Below are positions 9,001 through 17,308 of a stretch of 64,000 nucleotides of DNA, piece by piece. The position numbers and the translations under genes were made by a program. How positions within the stretch are numbered: the stretch's first letter is position 1; every line of letters starts with the position of its first letter. The DNA comes from Candidatus Kaiserbacteria bacterium (lineage in GTDB: Bacteria > Patescibacteriota > Minisyncoccia > Phycocordibacterales > UBA2100), in NCBI GenBank assembly GCA_016214605.1, contig JACROD010000005.1, positions 6,108 to 70,107 on the forward strand, in the 5' to 3' direction. The notes beneath the pieces are model-generated. The model did no database searches, was not told the origin of the DNA, and saw only the letters and a list, made by a program, of their open reading frames with translations.

Positions 9001-10256
9001 TGATACACACCGGCGCTCGTGGTGGCGGCGGTATTGAGGTTGAAGGTGAAGGTCGTACCCGACTGCACGATGCTGTACGTGAAGGTTGCGACTGGCGAAG
9101 AAACGGCCAAATAACAGGAAATTGCTTTGATCGTCTTGGTGGTAGAGGCAACAATGGGTTTGGTGTAGATCGGACTTGTCGTGCAGGTCGGGTTAGAGCC
9201 GTCGGTCACATAGCGCACGTGCACGATTGATTGGTAGTTAGAAATCGACGAAAGGGTTGATGTTGCGGTCGAGGTGGCGAGCACAATATTCTGCGTGCTC
9301 CCGTACGTGCTCGGTGCGGGCGTGGCGACCGGCGGCGGGATGTAATTCGCGAAGATAACGTTTACGGTACTAGTGGCGCGATTGCCTGCCGCATCGCGTA
9401 CGACCGCAGAGAGTGCGTGCGGACCATTAACAAACGAACCGAAATTCACTCCTATTCCGGGGGACGGCACGCGCTTATCTTCGCCACCGTAATTCTTGCC
9501 GTCGATCTTGAATTGTGTACCAATGGTCGTGGTGCTCACTCGTGTCCCGATCGTGAACCCACCCGAGACGGTCGCACCATCTTTGGGTGCACCGATCGTG
9601 ACCCACAACGCGTTGTTTGTGGTGGAAGTGGAGGTGGTTGAGGTCGTCGAGGTGCCGAGGACAGCGGGAGCGCCTGCGGCGGATGTATCAGCAAATGAGG
9701 ATGCGGATTCTCTCTCCCCTGCATCTGTTGTGATCTGAGAAACTGCGCCACCTGCAGGTGGTGGCAAGAGAGCATTCGTGGCAAGTGCTGTTGACCGTAC
9801 TTGGTTGATGTGTGCACGAGTGAGCTTGCCCACATGCCCGACTTGTTCGAGATTCTGCGCTTGCTGGAAACGGCGCACCGCCGCTCTCGTGAGCGGGCCG
9901 AAGTAGCCGGTGGCGCTGTCGGGAGCGAGGAGATTCTGCGCGATGAGAAAACGCTGGAGGCAAGTGACGTCGTCTCCCTTTGCGCCGAGGGCGAGGGTGC
10001 GGGAGAGGGTGCAGGTCACAGCAGAAGCGGCAGCGCCTCCGGCACTGCCGCCTCCCTGCTGAACGAGTCCAGAGAGATTGGCAGGAATCGCCACAGGGGC
10101 ACCGCCGAGAGCGACGATTTGTTTTTGAAGTTCGAGGACTTGAGTGATGAGCTGAATTAAGAAAGTGTTCTTTTCTTCAGGGGTGAGGGCTTGTGTGAGG
10201 AGAGGAGTTGCTAATAGTACGACGACTACCCAAGTCGTTAGCTGTTTGTTATGCAT
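6012..10256 (-). CDS. Large secreted/cell-surface protein (1414 aa). Architecture: signal peptide, peptidoglycan-binding domain (PG_binding_1-like), Ig/chitobiase-like and FlgD-Ig-like domains, and beta-propeller repeats.
   Basis: N-terminal signal MHNKQLTTWVVVVLLATPLLTQALT. The PG-binding-like segment is DDVTCLQRFLIAQNLLAPDSATGYFGPLTRAAVRRFQQAQNL. Repetitive propeller-like segments follow (YAT.G.Y, beta-strand rich). Confidence 0.6.
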   Translation of the reverse strand: MHNKQLTTWVVVVLLATPLLTQALTPEEKNTFLIQLITQVLELQKQIVALGGAPVAIPANLSGLVQQGGGSAGGAAASAVTCTLSRTLALGAKGDDVTCLQRFLIAQNLLAPDSATGYFGPLTRAAVRRFQQAQNLEQVGHVGKLTRAHINQVRSTALATNALLPPPAGGAVSQITTDAGERESASSFADTSAAGAPAVLGTSTTSTTSTSTTNNALWVTIGAPKDGATVSGGFTIGTRVSTTTIGTQFKIDGKNYGGEDKRVPSPGIGVNFGSFVNGPHALSAVVRDAAGNRATSTVNVIFANYIPPPVATPAPSTYGSTQNIVLATSTATSTLSSISNYQSIVHVRYVTDGSNPTCTTSPIYTKPIVASTTKTIKAISCYLAVSSPVATFTYSIVQSGTTFTFNLNTAATTSAGVYQNGTLIKTLWSNVQYSAGAHTATWDGTKDGGAVAPGGIYEVRILSNNVRYSWDVIGNTSTSFTDSTTLHAQDVIYGMAITGSTIYYTTAYNEARSGTFKTSVSNPQAKTIILPTAFHYTGPIALYVATDGNYVYWDGMDWGGYPNVNNHVYVYATKVSDDTMVKFLSGTDVTIGVAGPDGVPRKYSAINNLDVASSTITGLAVQKSGDYLFVAHGDLNKIDVLNKTTGAFVRAIAMTAPRKIATDMSGNLWVITGSETAAVVQKYTVAADGSLSAISNLKITGLSKPLTLAISPDNATLLVADGGTSHQVKAFSNTTASSTWIYGKPGGYLSDPNVAVDKFSFHNFNNITFRGGVDWTFLTYAPDGSFWVGDSGNDRSQHFSASRTLLESVSWVPLFYNTAVDPNNPQRIFAGFLEFAVDYAKPQGPNTGSWKLVKNWGIVKEKLPPQYVLASKNVFAVPFGMTTLNNGRTYGLLRNFQTAKFDVVEFPEIGTLRFTSASTPNYNYTLYKDGSLHVVNRPKIGESFEWRKKPLTGFTAAGDPQWGLEKVVGTSPILASSDDHYNLPSGGSFVPWEMTNSGIIVSFDARSPVFTGAYATDPVDHKGYHLAGLDTNTGTWRWKTAPSTGIHYCSEWPGDGTFNNNERVYVAGSFAHAVDNNIFWHYQGEGWKCGRDQSNMWTHVSDDGLMIGEFGTVEQDLPNGQENEGQAGLAGNAAAQGLVKGPDGAIYVYQNDEGWHGGIHRWKIDNLSSISEQKIPVNWDAAKYVPRKDPTDLLAGLPYDSSVADDTAGWRRTPATDTTNNLQTDWWKVITSLKNYPWNKHLYDSPDIDILFAHRPAANATVTRDLGTPDASTTSWMLTGAVVFASGLSGSPNMGDYEGMYFDVLDDAGKVISRLYTKQVTANDYRVFANNQVIFQMTEFKSFLLAIRKVQPFSIKANGGNVTITYGSYTPVTTPTFDSTANWRKPKTIKLYFWSTAGGYNHGINFSKLNFISN

Positions 10257-10350
10257 GGGTACACAATACCTTATGGATGTCTCGGCGGGAATACGGTTTG
10301 GGGATAAAGTTGGAGTTTATTGTGTAGGTAGCCGTTCAGCGCAAGAGCTA

Positions 10351-13300
10351 CTACTTAACGCCCACTATATTGATGACTGCTATCGGATACGGGTCATTCG
10401 CATCAAGATGCAAGGAGAATGAATAGTTGCGTGCAAAAATCCAAGGAACCGTGGCAGTACCTGATAGAGTTCCTGCTGCGTACCCCTTCATATTTGCATT
10501 ATTAACCTTAAGAATTGGCTTTGTATTAGCCGGTGCTCCGGTAATCTGCCAATGGATATCTACAGGGGGGCAAAGTCCCGTTGTAGGATTCACCACACAA
10601 GTCTTGGGCGTACCCGCAAATGTCGCCGACATGACCGGACCACTCCCTTTTCGAATCTGGTTTGAATCCACATCGACATATGGGTGCATGTTGTTCGGAA
10701 ATGCGGCTGGATTCGACTCCAGCTGGATTCCGGCCGTCGCCGGCAAATTCAACGTGGGAAAATCAAGGTATGAATCGAAAACCCGATTATTCCGAACAAT
10801 GACATCCCTCTGATTAAGCAGGGTTGTCGTCGCGTTGTGAATCGCAATACCATTACGCGGCATGTCATGCACGTAGTTTCCTTCTAGAAGCACGTTCGAC
10901 AGTGGAGCACGCGCACCGTTATCAATCTCGATGCCAACCGTGGTCTGATGTCCGAGATACTCGGGGGTCATGAAGAGCTCATTGTTAAGTATGCGTACAT
11001 TACGCACTGGCGCATTGGCCACGTCTGCGGCATACAATTGTCCACCAGGGTAAAATCTTTTTGTTCCTCCTACACACTGCGGCGGGGTGCCGCCTCCCTC
11101 ACAATACAAGAACTGCGGATCTATGTGGTTGTCGAAGAACACATTGTCTTCGACTAATACATCATCCACATTATGCAGATTCAGAGCTGCGGTACCTGCA
11201 TGAGAAAAACGATTATTTTTGAATACTGTTTGAAGATGAGGATAGGTAGCGTGGAAGAAAATGCCGTGCACTGTCGCGCCGTCGAAGACCGAGTTCGTAA
11301 CAGTAAGTCCTGTGGTTCGCCGTACTTCAAAGACCGACGCCTTATGAGAGATGATTGTCATTTTATCGACAGTGACATCCTTCGCAAGATCATCTGCTCG
11401 CGCCGAGACACCGCCGACAAAGAGTGCGGGGTAGCAAAACGGCGGATCCCATAGTGTGTACTTTGCTGGATCAGGATTCGCACCCGCTCGACATTTTTGC
11501 TTTAGGATCGCAGTGCTACCCGTAGCATCTACAAGCGTAAGATTCGACACTGTCACGTGATCAGATCCACCCAATACTTCGATCATGTACTTGTCATTGG
11601 CCGCATCAGATTCCATGCGCGCGGTGGTCTCCGAAATGCGAACTGGTTGATCCAGTAGTGGACCGCCCGCCCCGCGTAACGTTACGTTTTGGAGATTCTG
11701 AAACCGAATCACTTGATTGAGGTCGAGGACCATGTCGCCGGTCATAAGGATATGGAACTGTGGCGCATTGGCAGGCCGTGCCGCCGCAAGAGTCAGACAA
11801 GATTGTACCTGTGCATACGTCGGGGCGAAGCATTCGTCTACAATTTTCGGGCAAATCGCCGCGTCGCAAGTCACAGAGACATCGGACGAGCTTGCAGAGT
11901 GTCCCATCGTATCGGTTGCTGTCACTTGGACCTTGTGGGTGCCGTCTTTCAGCGAAGAATGCGGGAGCATAAATTGGTACGGTGGCGCTGTCTGGATCGA
12001 GACAAGGGCATCATCAACATAGAACTTCACATCTTGGATGGCGACACCCACGCGCGGGGCACTTGCGACCGCATACAGCAAAGTACTCGTACCAGTGAGC
12101 GTCGCGCCATCAAGCGGGTTCGTCAGGATTGCATGGACAGACGGAATACTAATGAGCGGCTGGACCGTGATAGAACCAAGCGACGCATTGGCATTGCGGA
12201 TAAAGGCGAGAAAAGAATCGGTATAGCCCGGTTCGATATTTTGATAGCTCCCCGACTGGGAGTATGTGCTCGTACGCGACGCATAGAATTCGAAAGACCA
12301 TGGTGCCGAGTAAGGGATTTTCAACGCAACGGTCTTATCGATGACACTATGGACGAACGGACCAAAGTCGGGCAAGAAATCCTTGAGATACGGATCAAAG
12401 TCCCCATATTCGGCGATGTGTAATTTCTTTCCCATCGTATCAGCAACTGTCTGGTATACATCGAGGAGGTCGGCATTGTTAGCCCCCTCTATACAATCCG
12501 ACCCGGGACAGAAGCGCTCGTTGTCACGCCTTGAACCATCTGCGGTGGGAAAATTGTAGAAATGGAGCTCTAGCAAATCAATACCTTGTGTAATGTATGT
12601 GAGATGAGAGATAAGTTGGGTCTTGGTGTCCAAGGTCCAATCCGGTCCACCCGGAAGCCAGCCTGGCTTGCGTTGCAGGTGATACGCCGATGGTCGAGCC
12701 GCGCTATTGCCGGAAGTAACCGGATGCGTCGGATCAATCATGCGTATGAGGGACGCTCCTCGCGTCTGGAATGCTAACATCTGGTTCGTCGAATAGTTAC
12801 CGAAATTTTGACAGAGCCATCCTGATGCCTGTGCGCAATGGAGCGTGCGGCCATCAAGATCAGTACTGAGATTTGCTTCGTTGCCAATCATATACAGATA
12901 GATGGAAGCCTGCGGATCGTTCTTGTAGCGCGTCACAAACTCACGCACATATCGTGCCCATAGCTGGTATGATGCCGAGTTCGGATTACCGAAGAAGTCG
13001 GATAAAGTGTCCCCCGCAAGGGTCGAGAAACGCGTATAATGCCAGGTGAGATCGACCTCAGCTGAGAGCCCGCGCGCGTACATGTCGTGCATCATAGTAT
13101 CCATGAGCGCCCAATACGCCGTCGGATTATTCTGCCAAAGTGCCAGATCTTGCGGCCAAAAACCTGCAGGGGCGATACGTACATAATTGGCACCAGCAAG
13201 CATCTTTGCGTCGTCGAGCGACTTGCGCGCCATCGCGGTCCCCACCTGCATCTCCGCATCCGTACCCAGAGCACCGGCGCCGTGACGACCTTGGTACTGC

Positions 13301-14076
13301 GTGAAGAGTTCAAGATGCACCGCACCGATGTTCTTTGCCGGGTATACAAGTGCCCCTGACGGGACGCCTGTCACACTGATCGAAGCCAGCCATTCGAGTC
13401 CGGCTGGAGACGACGGATTTGTCGAACAGTTCGGGACCGCATATACACTGAATTCATACACGCTTCCTTTGACGATCCACGGGATGGTCGTCGTCGCATT
13501 CTTACCGGCACAAGCGACGAGCACCGGCGCGGCGCCGTTCTTGCTCGCCCAGAGCACTGTCGTCTTCGCGGGTGTCTCCCAATGAACAAGAGTCGCGCAC
13601 TTCCCTGTCGCATCAACGATGCAAGGATTCGGTGAGATGGTCAGGAACGAGTTTGTGGAAGTAGCAGACGGCGGCGCAGGCGGCGTGATGGTAGACACTA
13701 CTGTAAACGGAAATGGAGCGCTCACCTGTGTGCCGTTGTTCACCGTGAGTGTGTAAGATCCCTCAGGGAGAGTCGACGGAAACACGAATGAAAACAGTGT
13801 ACCGCCTTGTACACTAGGAGCAACAAAATACGCGGTGCTTGTTCCTGTGCCTGTGACAGTTACTATATTGCGTGTCGTATTGAATCCGGTTCCGGCAATC
13901 GTGACTGGGGTATTGGGTACGAATCGCGACGGGTATATCGCCGAGACAGTCGGGGTGCTTCCGGTTGAGCTGGTGAGCGCCTGTATGAGGAGAGGAACTA
14001 CTAGTAGTACGATAACTAACCACGTTGTTACTTGTTTATTATGCATGTATATATAGAGTACCGTGTGATGTCTCAA
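10351..14076 (-). CDS. Large secreted protein (1241 aa). Architecture: signal peptide, IPT/Ig-like domain, glycoside-hydrolase (GH5/clan-A-like) domain, Ig-like domain, and right-handed parallel beta-helix (pectate-lyase-like) repeats.
   Basis: N-terminal signal MHNKQVTTWLVIVLLVVPLLIQALT is near-identical to that of the neighbouring gene. The YLYMIGNEANL segment matches the NE(P) acid/base region of clan GH-A. The C-terminal NN.F/V.D.N repeats are typical of beta-helix proteins. Confidence 0.55.
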   Translation of the reverse strand: MRHHTVLYIYMHNKQVTTWLVIVLLVVPLLIQALTSSTGSTPTVSAIYPSRFVPNTPVTIAGTGFNTTRNIVTVTGTGTSTAYFVAPSVQGGTLFSFVFPSTLPEGSYTLTVNNGTQVSAPFPFTVVSTITPPAPPSATSTNSFLTISPNPCIVDATGKCATLVHWETPAKTTVLWASKNGAAPVLVACAGKNATTTIPWIVKGSVYEFSVYAVPNCSTNPSSPAGLEWLASISVTGVPSGALVYPAKNIGAVHLELFTQYQGRHGAGALGTDAEMQVGTAMARKSLDDAKMLAGANYVRIAPAGFWPQDLALWQNNPTAYWALMDTMMHDMYARGLSAEVDLTWHYTRFSTLAGDTLSDFFGNPNSASYQLWARYVREFVTRYKNDPQASIYLYMIGNEANLSTDLDGRTLHCAQASGWLCQNFGNYSTNQMLAFQTRGASLIRMIDPTHPVTSGNSAARPSAYHLQRKPGWLPGGPDWTLDTKTQLISHLTYITQGIDLLELHFYNFPTADGSRRDNERFCPGSDCIEGANNADLLDVYQTVADTMGKKLHIAEYGDFDPYLKDFLPDFGPFVHSVIDKTVALKIPYSAPWSFEFYASRTSTYSQSGSYQNIEPGYTDSFLAFIRNANASLGSITVQPLISIPSVHAILTNPLDGATLTGTSTLLYAVASAPRVGVAIQDVKFYVDDALVSIQTAPPYQFMLPHSSLKDGTHKVQVTATDTMGHSASSSDVSVTCDAAICPKIVDECFAPTYAQVQSCLTLAAARPANAPQFHILMTGDMVLDLNQVIRFQNLQNVTLRGAGGPLLDQPVRISETTARMESDAANDKYMIEVLGGSDHVTVSNLTLVDATGSTAILKQKCRAGANPDPAKYTLWDPPFCYPALFVGGVSARADDLAKDVTVDKMTIISHKASVFEVRRTTGLTVTNSVFDGATVHGIFFHATYPHLQTVFKNNRFSHAGTAALNLHNVDDVLVEDNVFFDNHIDPQFLYCEGGGTPPQCVGGTKRFYPGGQLYAADVANAPVRNVRILNNELFMTPEYLGHQTTVGIEIDNGARAPLSNVLLEGNYVHDMPRNGIAIHNATTTLLNQRDVIVRNNRVFDSYLDFPTLNLPATAGIQLESNPAAFPNNMHPYVDVDSNQIRKGSGPVMSATFAGTPKTCVVNPTTGLCPPVDIHWQITGAPANTKPILKVNNANMKGYAAGTLSGTATVPWIFARNYSFSLHLDANDPYPIAVINIVGVK

Positions 14077-14119
14077 CAGGAGTACGCGTGAGTTGGGGAT
14101 AATCCTTATGTTCTGATGC

Positions 14120-14791
14120 TCAGGAAGCGGTTGCGGATAACATACTCCTAAAGGCAGCCGCGGGATCAGACGCTTGCATGATCGCGGAGCCTACACAGAA
14201 ACGCGATGCACCTGCCGCGATCAGCTCGCCTATGTTGGATGCAGATACGCCGCCGTCGACGGCGATCTTGACTTTGGGATGTGCTTGATGGAGTTCGCGG
14301 ACACGCTCGATCGCACGCGGATCAAAAGCCGCACCCTGTGCGCCGATCGTCGCGACCGACATCACCTGCACCACATCGCACAGATCGATACACGGCACGA
14401 TGTCCCTGATCGGCGTGTTGATGAGGATCGCGAGCCCGACCTCGCGCGCACCTGCGGCCCGCCACGCAGCAAGCATTGATTCTGCATCCGCGTGATCAGC
14501 ACATGCCTCGATGTGTCCCGCGATCGAGGTCACTCCTGCCTGTATGAGATGCAGGCCCAGTGCACGCGGCTCACTCACCATCATATGCGCCTGGACCGTA
14601 TGACCGCTGGGGATGATGACATCGGCACTGCCGTAGGTATCCGGACCGAGATACGGCCATGATACCTGCGGCACGAAAACCCCATCGTTGATGTCGAGAT
14701 GGATCTTGTCGGAGAACGCGAAAATTTTGTCCATAGCCGCGACCAATTCACCATGGTCGCGCGGCACTGCGGTGGGGACGATGTCGATCAT
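14120..14791 (-). CDS. rpe: Ribulose-phosphate 3-epimerase.
   Basis: 223 aa. The HLDINDGVFVPQ metal-binding motif (H.D.MDG.FVPN family signature) and a TIM-barrel pattern are present. It overlaps rpiB by 4 nt (ATGA). Confidence 0.85.
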   Translation of the reverse strand: MIDIVPTAVPRDHGELVAAMDKIFAFSDKIHLDINDGVFVPQVSWPYLGPDTYGSADVIIPSGHTVQAHMMVSEPRALGLHLIQAGVTSIAGHIEACADHADAESMLAAWRAAGAREVGLAILINTPIRDIVPCIDLCDVVQVMSVATIGAQGAAFDPRAIERVRELHQAHPKVKIAVDGGVSASNIGELIAAGASRFCVGSAIMQASDPAAAFRSMLSATAS

Positions 14792-15255
14792 AGTTGTACG
14801 ATCGTCTCGATCTCCGAGAGTCGGCGCATATGTCGCTCATCTTTTGAAGGATTCGTCGTGAGCCACTCATGGACGGCTTTCTTGGCTTCGTCGACACTGA
14901 GGAAGCGTGCGCCCAGAGAAAGCACATTTGCATCGTTGTGTTCGCGCGAGAGCTTGATGATCTCCGGACGACCTCCGTAGTAGACCGCCGCACGCACTCC
15001 CGTAAAACGATTGGCGACGATCGCCTCTCCCTGCCCCGACCCGCCCAATATGATCGCCTTGGCATCCCTCCCCTCTTTGAGATCCTGCGCAAGTGAACGA
15101 ACGGCAACGGCGATTATCGGCGGATAGTCATCGCCAGCGTCAAATTCACGCGCTCCCACATCTTCGATCTCGTGCCCAAGCTCGTCGCGTACATACACGG
15201 CAAGCGCATTTTTCATCTCAAATCCCGCATGATCGCTCGCAAAATATATTTTCAT
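14788..15255 (-). CDS. rpiB: Ribose-5-phosphate isomerase B (RpiB/LacAB family).
   Basis: 155 aa. MKIYFASDHAGFEMKNAL...ILGGSGQGEAIVANRFTGVRAA...DANVLSLGARF are canonical RpiB segments. Confidence 0.9.
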   Translation of the reverse strand: MKIYFASDHAGFEMKNALAVYVRDELGHEIEDVGAREFDAGDDYPPIIAVAVRSLAQDLKEGRDAKAIILGGSGQGEAIVANRFTGVRAAVYYGGRPEIIKLSREHNDANVLSLGARFLSVDEAKKAVHEWLTTNPSKDERHMRRLSEIETIVQL

Positions 15256-15276
15256 AGTTTAACTGCAAACTTAAAA

Positions 15277-16338
15277 CTAAACGTGTTTGCCCGTCTCCAC
15301 CACATGTCGCACCAGGGTGTGCGTATACCCCATTTCATTGTCGTACCAAGCAAGGACCTTGACGAGATTACCATCGACGACGCGCGTCATGCCGAGATCG
15401 GCGATAGAGCCGTAGGGCTGCCCGATGATGTCTGATGATACGAGCTCTTCTTCAGAGGCGGTAAAAATACCCTTCCACCGATCGGACTGCGCAGCCGCCT
15501 TGAGGACCGCATTTACTTCTTCGACCGTGGTCGGACGCTTGGCGATAAAGGTGATATCTGCGATAGAGCCGGCAGGCACCGGCACACGCAGTGAAATACC
15601 GTCGAATTTCCCGGCGAGCGCCGGATATGCCTTGGTGACAGCGATCGCAGCGCCAGTCGATGTCGGCACGATATTTTGCGCTGCTGCGCGGCCTTCTTTC
15701 TTATCTTTCTTGGACGGTCCGTCGACGATCGACTGCGAAGCGGTGTACGCATGCGTCGTCGATAGGATCGCCTTCTCTATTCCTATGCCCTCGTCGAGGA
15801 TCGCGATGATCGGCGATGCGGCATTGGTCGTACAAGAGGCATTGGAGGTAACGGCGCAGGTCGAGACCTTGTCATTGTTGAGTCCCATGAGGATAGTCGC
15901 GCCCGGCACGCTGCCGTCGCCGTCTTTGGACGGAGCCGAGACCACCACGCGCTTGGCACCGGCAGTGATGTGGACACCTGCCTTGTCGAAATCAGTGAAA
16001 AGCCCGGTCGATTCGACGACCACATCGATATTCATATCGCGCCACGGGAGCGCGGCGGGATCTTTTTCGGCAAGCACTTTGAGTTTCCACTTCCCTGCCG
16101 TGATGACGCCGTCGGCCGCGGATACCTCAAACGGCGCACGCCTGTAGACCGTGTCGTATTTCAGCAAATATGCGAGATTGTCTATGTTGCCGAGGTCGTT
16201 TACCGCGACTATCTCGATGTCCGCCCCCGCCTCCGCGAGGCCAGAGCCCGCTTCGGCGTGGCGGAGGCCCGCATCATGCGCCGCACGGACGAACGCCCGT
16301 CCAATTCGCCCAAAACCATTGATAGCTACTCGTACCAT
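15277..16338 (-). CDS. gap: Glyceraldehyde-3-phosphate dehydrogenase (type I).
   Basis: 353 aa. NGFGRIGR NAD-binding N-terminus and the SNASCTTNA active-site cysteine motif are present. It lies 21 nt upstream of rpiB, giving a gap-rpiB-rpe operon. Confidence 0.95.
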   Translation of the reverse strand: MVRVAINGFGRIGRAFVRAAHDAGLRHAEAGSGLAEAGADIEIVAVNDLGNIDNLAYLLKYDTVYRRAPFEVSAADGVITAGKWKLKVLAEKDPAALPWRDMNIDVVVESTGLFTDFDKAGVHITAGAKRVVVSAPSKDGDGSVPGATILMGLNNDKVSTCAVTSNASCTTNAASPIIAILDEGIGIEKAILSTTHAYTASQSIVDGPSKKDKKEGRAAAQNIVPTSTGAAIAVTKAYPALAGKFDGISLRVPVPAGSIADITFIAKRPTTVEEVNAVLKAAAQSDRWKGIFTASEEELVSSDIIGQPYGSIADLGMTRVVDGNLVKVLAWYDNEMGYTHTLVRHVVETGKHV

Positions 16339-16443
16339 ATCTATATAGATGTATTCAGTTCAATAATATCCAAAAAGTATATCATGCCAAACCACTCCGT
16401 ACTCATGCGGATCAAGACAAAAACGAACTGCGAGAAGCAACTG

Positions 16444-16489
16444 CGAGAATCAGACCTTCGCAAATCCTTTGCGAAGGTCTGATTCTCGC
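16444..16489. repeat. REP-like palindromic element: 22-bp perfect stem gcgagaatcagaccttcgcaaa with a 3-nt loop tcc.
   Basis: Read directly from the sequence. It lies immediately 3' of the RAYT gene stop. A partial extra copy of ctgcgagaag sits at 16426..16435. Confidence 0.85.
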
Positions 16490-16495
16490 AAGCAA

Positions 16496-17197
16496 CTATT
16501 CTAAAGCAGCTGCGTACAGGTTGTTATCGGACTCCACTACACGATTTAGTATCATTTCCTTCGCATGCACTTTAAACGCGTCGAGTGAGTCAAACAATTC
16601 GCCAAAGATATCCTTCTCGATAATCGGCGACATACGACCTATCGCGTAATCTGCCAAGCTGGAAAATGGGTATTCTTCGACAGCCCACTTCCAAGCATTA
16701 TCGAATTCCGAGACAGCGAGGTCGTAGCCGCCCGGATAGAGTTCAAAAACATTTTTTACCATGACATAGGGTGCGACGTGTTTGAGGTAAAAATCATCAT
16801 CAAGTGTGCGCGATTTGAATGCCCCCTGGAAGATACTCCCCTTTTCTTCGTACTTTAGATTGAAGTGGGCAGTCATACTGTTGCCAATCTTTTGCATATA
16901 TTTTGAGACACCTCCTTCATTGATCTCTTTCAGTACCAAATGAAAATGATTCGGCATCAAAACCCACGCAAGCACCTTGACCAGAGGGCGTCGTTCAGGC
17001 CAAGAACTCGGCCGCTCAAAAATCCCCATACCGAAAGTGTCACGCTCCCACGTGTCAGATTTATACTCATCATTCATGTGATACAGGAGCCGTGCAAAGC
17101 GCCAACAGTCGGCAAGATCACTTGTAACAGGAAGACCTCGTGCGCCACGCTTCATAACGTGAACAAATGAGTCGACCCCATATGGCTCCTTGCGCAT
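16496..17197 (-). CDS. IS200/IS605-family Y1 (HUH) transposase of the REP-associated tyrosine transposase (RAYT) type.
   Basis: 233 aa. HUH motif PNHFHLVL and a downstream catalytic-Tyr region. The size and the flanking by REP-like hairpins are typical of RAYTs. Confidence 0.75.
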   Translation of the reverse strand: MRKEPYGVDSFVHVMKRGARGLPVTSDLADCWRFARLLYHMNDEYKSDTWERDTFGMGIFERPSSWPERRPLVKVLAWVLMPNHFHLVLKEINEGGVSKYMQKIGNSMTAHFNLKYEEKGSIFQGAFKSRTLDDDFYLKHVAPYVMVKNVFELYPGGYDLAVSEFDNAWKWAVEEYPFSSLADYAIGRMSPIIEKDIFGELFDSLDAFKVHAKEMILNRVVESDNNLYAAALE

Positions 17198-17227
17198 ATG
17201 ACGCGATTATAGCACCAAACTACTTTT

Positions 17228-17274
17228 GCGAGAATCAGACCTTCGCAAAGGCTTTGCGAAGGTCTGATTCTCGC
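17228..17274. repeat. REP-like palindromic element: the same 22-bp stem gcgagaatcagaccttcgcaaa with loop ggc.
   Basis: Read directly from the sequence. It lies 30 nt 5' of the RAYT start and 35 nt downstream of the giant-gene stop. Confidence 0.85.
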
Positions 17275-17308
17275 AGTTACGGCTCTGAGGCTAATCTCAT
17301 ATCCTTAT

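Larger units (their letters stand above)
16424..17280 (-). mobile_element. RAYT gene bracketed by two copies of a 47-bp palindromic REP-like element (a REP/RAYT unit).
   Basis: The hairpins at 16444..16489 and 17228..17274 have identical 22-bp stems. They differ only in the 3-nt loop (tcc vs ggc, close to reverse complements of each other). Confidence 0.7.

Noticed and set aside
6534-9230. Plus-strand ORFs 6534..7310 (258 aa) and 8214..9230 (338 aa).
   Set aside because: They are antisense to the 1414-aa secreted-protein gene. They have no recognisable domains and odd composition.
15425-16147. 240-aa plus-strand ORF overlapping gap.
   Set aside because: It is antisense to a canonical, highly conserved GAPDH gene. 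Its amino-acid composition is Ser/Ala-rich and not protein-like.
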